Assembly (NCBI RefSeq): GCF_900232105.1
Contig: NZ_LT934425.1
Location: forward strand, 4,350,001 to 4,382,000
Direction: 5' to 3'
Source of the DNA: Candidatus Kuenenia stuttgartensis
Lineage (GTDB): Bacteria; Planctomycetota; Brocadiia; Brocadiales; Brocadiaceae
Length of the DNA: 32,000 bases
A program made the position numbers and the translations under genes. The stretch's first letter is position 1. Every line of letters starts with the position of its first letter. The notes beneath the pieces are model-generated. The model was not told where the DNA came from. It did no database searches and worked only from the letters and a program-made list of their open reading frames with translations. This document shows, one piece after another, positions 7,475-15,156 of the stretch.

Positions 7475-7738
7475 AATATGAACGGCTTGTGCCATGGCCT
7501 CCAGAGAGTTTCTTTTATAGTTTTTAAACATTGCGTAGACGACAAGGAGAAACATTGCAAATTGTTTTTTAGTAAAACATGATGCAAAATGTTCAAGAAA
7601 TTTATTTAATAACGATATGTTTGTTCTGAAAATACTCAAATCCTTTGCTCCGGCAATTGATTGTGTAAGAAATTTACAAGTGCAATTAATACCGGAAGTA
7701 AAGGCTAAAATCAAAAGTAAATATTTGTCGCAAAGCAT
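7475..7738 (-). pseudogene. Possible N-terminal remnant of an IS701/DDE_5-type transposase, fused in frame to the membrane-protein ORF
   Basis: LNKFLEHFASCFTKKQFAMFLLVVYAMFKNYKRNSLEAMAQAV resembles the F..F...F...Q...F...V.......R.S...MA N-terminal pattern of that transposase group. Recognition is weak and by eye only. Confidence 0.3.
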
Positions 7739-7915
7739 TGATAAGTCATAAGTTGTGGCCGACTCTACTTACAACTCAGAAATATTTTTCCAGACGTATT
7801 CTTTAACAAAGTAATGTTATTAACTTTCCTTGCAATCTGGCGGTTTGGATAACGCCTATATTGGCTGTAAAAACTTGAATATACGGCTAGAATGCCAGCT
7901 TTCCGGCAATCTGTA

Positions 7916-7937
7916 GGGGCGTATTGCAATACGCCCC
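7916..7937. repeat. Perfect 22-nt palindrome GGGGCGTATTGCAATACGCCCC
   Basis: Read directly. It lies in the divergent intergenic region, 125 nt upstream of the 8062 start. Confidence 0.9.
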
Positions 7938-8061
7938 CTGCTTTCAGTCGATTAAAATATACCCTTCCTGATTAAATATTTCAAGCCTTCCCTTATTTTT
8001 CTTGACAGCCTATCTCATGAGTGAAATAATCACTTACCCCACCAAACTAAGATAATTATTT

Positions 8062-10629
8062 ATGGAGGATAAAGCACATAATAATGAACTTTTTAACGAA
8101 AATCTTTCATGTAATCACAATATTATGACAAATAAGATTATAGGGCAGGTAGAAAATGCCTTTATAAAAATAGGCTATAGCAAAAATCTGATACAGAAGG
8201 ATTATAAATACGTTGATTTATTTTCCTCATGTACGCCTATTCGTACGGTAAATTATGCGCTATTTGGCCAGGAACCTTTTGATTACCGTTCTGCCTGCTT
8301 TGGTATCCAAATAGCAGCACCCAATCGTTCTACAGATGATGTAGCAAATGAATTAAAATCGCTTGGAGCGCCTCAGATTTTTATCATTAACAACGGCAAA
8401 ACTGAACGATGGGCTATAACGGAAAGTGAACCTCTTCTTAAAGATAAGTATGAAACTGCCTGCCTGCCTAATGTCATTGCACAAAACTTGAGAGACTGGG
8501 AACCCCAAGCTATCATACGGGCAAAATCGGGATTTGCCCGACCGGGGCCCCGTCAGTTAGATTTTGTTGATATCGGATTACTTCCTGCCATAGACTACAA
8601 AGCTTCTCAAAAAATAGACCACTTGCTTCGGGCTGTACTTAATTATGCTGAAGAAGACTTTCATGAACGAGATTTACTATTTGATGCACCTGCGGTTTTT
8701 CAAGTTGTCTTTAGTCTTTTGGCTGCAAAAGTACTCAAAGATCGCAATATCTGCAATGCGAAAGGGATTGATTTTTCTATTCCACAAACGGCATTGCAGG
8801 CAATATATGAACATTACGGTTTTTCTTTAACTACACCGGCTTCAAAAATTCCAGAACTAACTCTTGAGTCAATATCACAAAAAATTGGGAAGATTTTCCC
8901 GCTGAATAATATATCAGTAGATACTCTTACATACATTTATGAAAATACATTTGTCTCTCAAAAAAGCCGTCAAGAACTTGGAATTCATAGTACCCCATCT
9001 TATGTTGCTGATTACATTCTTTCGCAAATTCCGATAGAGGATTTACAAAGAGAACAGTGGCACGTCACAGATCCTATGTGTGGGCATGGTATTTTTCTTA
9101 TTGCAGCAATGAGAAGAATGAAAAGCCTATTGCCAGGAGATTGGGACAGTAAACAACGGCATACATTTTTCATTAAACATTTACATGGAATAGAGATTGA
9201 CCCATTTTCCGTTGAAGTAGCCCGTATGTGCCTCATGTTAGCTGATTTTCCCGAATCAAATAGCTGGGATTTACAAAGACAAGATATATTTGCCGATAAT
9301 ATCCTCGAAAATAGTATGGCGAAAACTATGATACTTGTAGGCAACCCACCTTTTGAAAACATCAAGGGCAAAAGACCTGAAACCCCAAAACCAGCTGAGC
9401 TTTTACACAGAACGCTTCCGATTTTACCAAACAATGCATTAATTGGTTTGGTTTTACCACGTAGTTTTTTAGATGGTTCTGACTATAAAAACGAACGAAC
9501 TGCCTTGCTCAGTAACTTTAAAATAATTTCCGTTACGTGTCTTCCTGACCGTGTCTTTTTATATTCTGATATGGAAACTACAGTTATTGTTGCCAGAAAA
9601 CAGCAGGCACGAAAAAACTGGAATATGTTGTATAGAGAAGTTAGGGACAGCGAACGAGATGACTTTCAGATTCGACATGGTGTTACATGGGAAGACAATG
9701 TTCCACAATCTTACCTCAAAGACAAAATGCAAGGGCGTCTTGTTGTGCCATTGTTGCGTGAAATTTGGGAACGATTAGAAGGATATACACGTTTTGGTGA
9801 AATAGTTGATATAAGCATAGGCGTTCAATATAAACCAAATTTAGGAAAAGAAAGGTTATGTGAAATAATCCGTGATGTGCCTTTTCCTGGTTCAAAACCA
9901 GGCATTTCAAAAGTCACAAAAGGATTCATGCAATTCATTGCTGAAGATACAGTTTATATGTCGACAGACAAACAATATCGAAGATTTGAAACATCTACAG
10001 CTTGGGAACTACCGTGGGACAAACCAAAGGTTATAGTTCCTGCTTCGCGCATGTCCAGGGGACCGTGGCGATATGCAGCCGCATTAGACAAAAACGGTTG
10101 CATTGTAAGCCGAAGATTTTATAGCATTTGGCCAAAATCTAAAACCTTTGATGTTGCTATGTTAGCGACATTGCTGAATTCTCCAATTGCAGTAGCATTC
10201 ATTTATGCCCATAGCTTTCAAAAGGATATTCCAAAAAGAGTATACACCGATATACCTATTCCCGAAATATCCATTGATACTAAACAAATTATTGATTATC
10301 TCGTGAATCATTATTTAAAAGTGTTAAGGAAAGATGAGACAGAAGCCAAGAAAACATTACTTCAGATAGACGCTGAGATACTAAAACTATATAAACTTCC
10401 TCCACGATTGGAACGTCAACTTTTAGATATTTTTTGGGGTCACCAACGCCCTGTACCCTTTGAATTTAAAGGCTACATCTCCCCAGAAATCAATGCATGG
10501 ATTCCTCTTCATATTTACATATCAGAGCAATTTAATAATGCAACACCTGATAAAATTATGGAAAGAATTCCACTTATCCGTGATACTGAGTTTATAAATT
10601 ATCTTAAAAAACTGGGAACAGAAGAATAA
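8062..10629 (+). CDS. N6-adenine DNA methyltransferase-like protein, gamma class, with TaqI/Eco57I-type C-terminal region and an unassigned ~285-aa N-terminal domain (855 aa; possible type IIG-like enzyme)
   Basis: Motif order is X-I-IV: YENTF..RQELGIHSTPSYVADYI; VTDPMCGHGIFLIAA (nt 9070 onward); LHGIEIDPFSVEVARMCL; ILVGNPPFENI (NPPF at nt 9343-9354). The C-terminal half has FGEIVDISIGVQ and ..IDAEILKLYKLP.. features of specificity domains. Confidence 0.8.
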   Translation: MEDKAHNNELFNENLSCNHNIMTNKIIGQVENAFIKIGYSKNLIQKDYKYVDLFSSCTPIRTVNYALFGQEPFDYRSACFGIQIAAPNRSTDDVANELKSLGAPQIFIINNGKTERWAITESEPLLKDKYETACLPNVIAQNLRDWEPQAIIRAKSGFARPGPRQLDFVDIGLLPAIDYKASQKIDHLLRAVLNYAEEDFHERDLLFDAPAVFQVVFSLLAAKVLKDRNICNAKGIDFSIPQTALQAIYEHYGFSLTTPASKIPELTLESISQKIGKIFPLNNISVDTLTYIYENTFVSQKSRQELGIHSTPSYVADYILSQIPIEDLQREQWHVTDPMCGHGIFLIAAMRRMKSLLPGDWDSKQRHTFFIKHLHGIEIDPFSVEVARMCLMLADFPESNSWDLQRQDIFADNILENSMAKTMILVGNPPFENIKGKRPETPKPAELLHRTLPILPNNALIGLVLPRSFLDGSDYKNERTALLSNFKIISVTCLPDRVFLYSDMETTVIVARKQQARKNWNMLYREVRDSERDDFQIRHGVTWEDNVPQSYLKDKMQGRLVVPLLREIWERLEGYTRFGEIVDISIGVQYKPNLGKERLCEIIRDVPFPGSKPGISKVTKGFMQFIAEDTVYMSTDKQYRRFETSTAWELPWDKPKVIVPASRMSRGPWRYAAALDKNGCIVSRRFYSIWPKSKTFDVAMLATLLNSPIAVAFIYAHSFQKDIPKRVYTDIPIPEISIDTKQIIDYLVNHYLKVLRKDETEAKKTLLQIDAEILKLYKLPPRLERQLLDIFWGHQRPVPFEFKGYISPEINAWIPLHIYISEQFNNATPDKIMERIPLIRDTEFINYLKKLGTEE

Positions 10630-11160
10630 GTGAAACAGGATTACTATCTTCTTGATACAAATATTCTTGGATATCTTGCTGAATTAAAAGTAGGCGGAAA
10701 TAGTCCTGAATGCAAAGCCTTAGAAAAACATTGGAATGGATTACCGCAACCACATAATACAAGAATTTTTTTATGTCCCATAACCATTGGCGAGGTCGAA
10801 TATGGGCTTCGTGTCAGGTCTTATAATAGACCGGAACAGCATGAGCAAGCGCGTCAAATATTATCTTCATTTCCTGCTTTTGACATAAATATCAATATAG
10901 CACGTGACTGCTATGCCGACCTGCGTGCAAAACTCTTCGATAAATATGCCCCAAGAGATCGAAAAGGAAAAAGTTGTAAAAAGAGGATAAGAGAATGGCG
11001 TGATCCTACTACTGATAAGGAATTGCAAATGGATGAGAATGATCTTTGGATTGCTGCTGTAGCAATGGCGCACAATCTTGTGCTTGTGACCCACGATAAA
11101 ATGAATGCAATAAAAAGCATAACAAGTTCGGATTTACGATTTGAAGATTGGCTAACGTAA
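10630..11160 (+). CDS. PIN-domain (VapC-like) nuclease, 176 aa, GTG start directly after the upstream stop
   Basis: PIN acidic positions occur in YLLDTNIL, IGEVEYG, ENDLWIAAVA and LVTHD. The GTG at 10630 follows the TAA at 10627-10629 with no spacer. Confidence 0.75.
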   Translation: MKQDYYLLDTNILGYLAELKVGGNSPECKALEKHWNGLPQPHNTRIFLCPITIGEVEYGLRVRSYNRPEQHEQARQILSSFPAFDININIARDCYADLRAKLFDKYAPRDRKGKSCKKRIREWRDPTTDKELQMDENDLWIAAVAMAHNLVLVTHDKMNAIKSITSSDLRFEDWLT

Positions 11161-11174
11161 CGGTTATTGAAAGA

Positions 11175-11309
11175 TTATCCTCCCTCTCCCAGAAATGCCT
11201 TATACAGTAAGGCAGGTGTGAATGCTGCTAATTCTGACTCTGTCTCATCCAGTAATCTTCTGCGTTTTTCTGCTTTTAATTTGCCAATAGCGCTATATAC
11301 TACTATCCA
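11175..11309 (-). pseudogene. Possible C-terminal remnant of an HsdS-like specificity subunit
   Basis: The minus strand reads WIVVYSAIGKLKAEKRRRLLDETESELAAFTPALLYKAFLGEGG*. The coiled-coil plus ..LL.KAF.GE tail resembles HsdS C-termini. It is 44 codons bounded upstream by a stop. Confidence 0.3.
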
Positions 11310-11337
11310 TCAATTTCTTGTTTTTTATGCGTGTTTT

Positions 11338-12894
11338 TCATGCCGCCATTTCCGTAAGTGCTTTAATATCAAGGGCTGAAGCGGTCATCAGTGAACAAGA
11401 GAACTTCTGGCCTTTCTCCGTCAAAACATAGCGGTTGGCCCTCGGAACTTTGCGGATTAGACCGTGTGCCCGCAGCATCTTTATCCGTCGGGTCGTTCGT
11501 CCGGAATATTTCTTTTGCTGATCCTTGCCGGATTGTTCGGATTCCCGGTAAAGCCACTTACGCAAATCATGGTTGCGGAATCCATTTATCGCGTTTTCGC
11601 CTTTGGACAGGAACATCAGCATCTGGTAATCATCCTGCTGCCAGGGATTCAAACCTCGATACCTCTTGCCCTCTTTGACAACCTTGTTACAAGCGCTGCT
11701 CACCACTTCTTTCAGTTTCTCCTCTACCTGAGCCGCCGCCAAAGCATCCCCATAACGATCATTGCATTGTTGGCTCACCTCACACCGTCGATGAAGATCG
11801 CTTACGCCCTTACGCATCTTCTGCCATGACGCCGGTTTGCCTTCATCATCATTGGGACTCCGAAAGACCTTAAAGTCCCGCGTATTATTGATCGTTGTCT
11901 CAATACGCAAGAGACTACCGCTCTTGTTATACATCTTCACTGAATTATAATTCACACTGTGCTTGACCCGTATACCTTCATAGCGTCTTCGATAGTCGCT
12001 GATAACCTCATCAGGGGCAGCGCCTGCAAGGTTACGCCTACCCAAATACTTCATCACCGAAGAACTGTCGCAAACCCGCATCGCATGATGAACAAACGAT
12101 GGAAACAACTCCTCCAATGCCTCAACCGATTTAAACATGATGTCCGTCGCCCACTCCGTCTCATCCGCAGACCAGTAATACTCCGGTTCCAACGGACGAA
12201 GAATCTGCGACAATGCCGGGCAACTGCCCAACGCAAGCCCGTTCAGCAGCTTCGCCCAGTCAGTCTTAAGCTGCTCATGGAGCAGAACCTGCGCAGCCGC
12301 AATATCCTCTATACGCACAAAACAGTTGCCGTCCTTAACATAATCAATACCTTGCTTCTGAAGTTGCCGCTCCAGCCAATGACGACCATTGAGACAAATG
12401 AAAATATTAAACGGCGCCCAACTCTGGATACGAACATGACCAAAACCAAACACTGGATCGTTAAAATAATGATACACAAAGACACACTTGCGGGGCGCCA
12501 TTACCAACTCGAGCTTCTTGCTGGCCTTGTTGCCCTTGACCATCGGCGCAATACAAGGCTCTACCACACTCAACAGGCAGATGGAACCTTCCGTAATCCT
12601 CTTATCCGCCGCGATCTGGCGAGCCAACTTCTCCTTATCAACACCGCTGCTCATCAAATACCGCACCTCGATACCCAAATCTTTCGCCCGCGATTCACAA
12701 CTGTCTCGCACCTGTGCCGTAAGCCCATTGACCCAACCGGAAAAATCCTTAAGCAGAATTCTCGCTTGGTTCATGAATGTTCCCATCCCACGCTCACTGG
12801 CCAACCACCGCAATGTCCCGCGAAAACGAATCCTGTCCAGACCGCTTATTGCACCCACGATCCTGTCTCGATATAATTCCATCAACTTATTCAT
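11338..12894 (-). CDS. Conserved-looking protein of unknown function, 518 aa, with a C-terminal winged-helix-like segment
   Basis: A long ORF with visibly higher GC than both flanks. The C-terminus RRIKMLRAHGLIRKVPRANRYVLTEKGQKF looks like a wHTH. I cannot assign a family. Confidence 0.6.
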   Translation of the reverse strand: MNKLMELYRDRIVGAISGLDRIRFRGTLRWLASERGMGTFMNQARILLKDFSGWVNGLTAQVRDSCESRAKDLGIEVRYLMSSGVDKEKLARQIAADKRITEGSICLLSVVEPCIAPMVKGNKASKKLELVMAPRKCVFVYHYFNDPVFGFGHVRIQSWAPFNIFICLNGRHWLERQLQKQGIDYVKDGNCFVRIEDIAAAQVLLHEQLKTDWAKLLNGLALGSCPALSQILRPLEPEYYWSADETEWATDIMFKSVEALEELFPSFVHHAMRVCDSSSVMKYLGRRNLAGAAPDEVISDYRRRYEGIRVKHSVNYNSVKMYNKSGSLLRIETTINNTRDFKVFRSPNDDEGKPASWQKMRKGVSDLHRRCEVSQQCNDRYGDALAAAQVEEKLKEVVSSACNKVVKEGKRYRGLNPWQQDDYQMLMFLSKGENAINGFRNHDLRKWLYRESEQSGKDQQKKYSGRTTRRIKMLRAHGLIRKVPRANRYVLTEKGQKFSCSLMTASALDIKALTEMAA

Positions 12895-12994
12895 AAGTAG
12901 TGTCCTCCAAATTGTCTGATTACTATTTACGAGGATACTACTATACTTTATAATAAACTAAAAATCACCTTTTTGGTTGCGGCCAAAGGCTGCG

Positions 12995-15006
12995 CTAGCG
13001 TGAGTTTATCACGAAATAAGGTGTAAGACAAAGACATCAAGTTGCAATCCAATGATTTGTATCGGGTTGCGACTTTTTTTGTCTAAAAAATTATGTATAC
13101 ACTGAATAATACTATATTTATATTGCATTATATGCCTGTATATACTATTATACACGGAGTATTAATCTATTACGTATACACTAACAACTAATAGCCATGG
13201 CTACCATTCAATCTAAAAACTCCAGAGGTTATAAATATTGGTATATTGTCGAATCGCGGCGCGTTAACGGCAAGCCCAGGCCCATCGTCCTGGCCTATCT
13301 TGGCAAGGCAGACGATTTATTAAAACAACTGCAAGGTCTTACCGAAAAATTACGGCTCAAATCTTATTCACATGGCGCGGTAGCCGCATTGCTAAGTGTG
13401 GCCAATGCCCTGGACGTCCCTTCCGTGATTAATAAATATATAAAGTCGCCACGGCAGTATTGTGCTAAAAAACCTGTTCGAAATAATCTGACCGCCGGAA
13501 GTACCCTCTTGTTGGGTGCCGTGGGGAGAGTGTGTGTGCCTACCAGCAAAAGAGGATGGTGGGATTGGGCAAAGACGACTACTGCCGAATACTTACTCAG
13601 ACACAGCTTGAGTAAAATAGACAGTCAGCATTTCTGGGATTTGATGGATGCACTTCCTGAAGAATCCATTGCAGAAATCGAGCGCGAATTAATTGAAAAG
13701 ACATTTAAAACATACAACCTTCAAAGCGACACACTGTTTTTTGATACAACCAATTTTTTCACGTATATCGACACAACTAATCTGCGATGCACTATTGCCC
13801 GGCGGGGGAAAAACAAACAAAAGCGATACGATCTCAGGCAGGTCGGGTTGGCGATGGTCGTTACACGTAACGACATGATACCGTTGTTTCACCATACCTA
13901 TCAGGGGAACATGGCGGATGCAAAGGTGTTCAGCGCGGTTCTTGAGACGATAAAAGACAGGATGACCGGATTAGGTTTCGACAGCAAAAAGCACACTATT
14001 GTTTTTGATCGTGGAAACAATTCCATGGACAATATGGCTATTGTAGAGAGATTGGCATTGCATTACGTTGGAGCGCTTACACCGTATCATCACAAGCAGT
14101 TGGTAGGGGATGCCATGTGTAATTTCAGGGAATATGACGTTGACGGCAGTAAGATACAGGTGTACCATGACAAACGGGTTATTTGGGGGCAGGAAAGAAC
14201 CGTTGTCGTATTTATTTCCGAGAAATTAAAGGTTGGGCAATTAAGGGGAATGTCTCAGTCTCTGGAAAAGGCAGAACATCAGTTAAAGCTCTTACAGCAG
14301 CATCTGTGTAATCCAAAGGGAAAGATGCGGGACAAAGAGGGTCTGGAGGATACGATAAGAAGTGTAGTGAAATGTCAATTTGCGAAGGATGTTATCGATT
14401 GGTCGTTAAAAGAGGTATCTGAAGGCAAGTTTCAATTGAATTTTTCAATCGACCAGAAAAAGCTCGAAGAAATAGAAGGGGAACTGGGGTTCAGGATTCT
14501 TATGACAGACCATCACGATTGGGATACCGCGGACATTATAAAAGCCTACTATGGGCAATCAAAAATTGAACATGCCTTTAGAAATCTCAAGAACCCCTAT
14601 CACCTTGCTTTAAAACCGCAATTTCACTGGACGGATCAGAAAATCAGGGTGCATTTTTTTATTTGCGTCCTCGGATACCTAATGGCGGCGATTGTGTGGT
14701 ATCAGGCAAAAGCGCACGCACAATTTAGTGGAACGTTAGATACCCTGTTAGACACCCTTAATAATATAAGGCTTTCTGCTATGCTTGAAGAAACAAAGGC
14801 CAGAGGGAGAGTTAAGGCTACCTACAAATTGGAAGAAATGTCCGACAAGGAATCTCTGTTGATGAATGCGTTAGGCATTATGGATTTCCACAAACATCGG
14901 CTGAAACTTCAAGGACTCAGTGTATACAATTGATGTTGTGCTTAACGCATTGACTGTATTTATGTTACGTTGCTTCATGCCTTATTTTGTGATAAACTCA
15001 CGCTAG
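12995..15006 (+). mobile_element. Second, different IS1634-family insertion sequence
   Basis: 27-nt terminal IRs: CTAGCGTGAGTTTATCACGAAATAAGG (12995-13021) against the reverse complement of 14980-15006, with 1 mismatch by eye. There is a single transposase ORF. I could not recognise a TSD. Confidence 0.8.
13197..14933 (+). CDS. IS1634-family DDE transposase (578 aa)
   Basis: The N-terminus IQSKNSRGYKYWYIVESRRVNGKPRPIVLAYLG and the overall architecture are typical of IS1634/IS4-group transposases. The ORF is enclosed by IRs. Confidence 0.85.
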   Translation: MATIQSKNSRGYKYWYIVESRRVNGKPRPIVLAYLGKADDLLKQLQGLTEKLRLKSYSHGAVAALLSVANALDVPSVINKYIKSPRQYCAKKPVRNNLTAGSTLLLGAVGRVCVPTSKRGWWDWAKTTTAEYLLRHSLSKIDSQHFWDLMDALPEESIAEIERELIEKTFKTYNLQSDTLFFDTTNFFTYIDTTNLRCTIARRGKNKQKRYDLRQVGLAMVVTRNDMIPLFHHTYQGNMADAKVFSAVLETIKDRMTGLGFDSKKHTIVFDRGNNSMDNMAIVERLALHYVGALTPYHHKQLVGDAMCNFREYDVDGSKIQVYHDKRVIWGQERTVVVFISEKLKVGQLRGMSQSLEKAEHQLKLLQQHLCNPKGKMRDKEGLEDTIRSVVKCQFAKDVIDWSLKEVSEGKFQLNFSIDQKKLEEIEGELGFRILMTDHHDWDTADIIKAYYGQSKIEHAFRNLKNPYHLALKPQFHWTDQKIRVHFFICVLGYLMAAIVWYQAKAHAQFSGTLDTLLDTLNNIRLSAMLEETKARGRVKATYKLEEMSDKESLLMNALGIMDFHKHRLKLQGLSVYN

Positions 15007-15079
15007 GCATTTCATGGTTAAATTGCCAATATAAAACACGGGGTTCAAGTTGCAAACTTGAACCCGATTGAAGATCGAC

Positions 15080-15103
15080 AATTAAGTATGATGTCCCCTG
15101 AAT
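15080..15103. repeat. Copy of the dispersed motif AATTAAGYAYGRTGTCCCCTGAAT
   Basis: AATTAAGTATGATGTCCCCTGAAT. Compare 3724-3747, AATTAAGTACGGTGTCCCCTGAAT. Confidence 0.6.
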
Positions 15104-15156
15104 ATAACACTTAAAATCAAGAATCTTCTGAATCTTAGGCAGATTCCCAAAATAAT

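Noticed and set aside
11167-11379. Plus-strand ORF of 70 aa
   Set aside because: It has no motifs, overlaps the 3' end of the 518-aa gene, and is antisense to the HsdS-like tail remnant. It is probably spurious.
13039-13075. CRISPR-repeat-looking string CAAGTTGCAATCCAATGATTTGTATCGGGTTGCGAC, with a partly similar string at 15043-15079
   Set aside because: There is only one copy of each, with no regular repeat-spacer spacing. The first lies inside the IS leader and the second is a simple hairpin (GGGTTCAAGTTGCAAACTTGAACCC). This is not an array.
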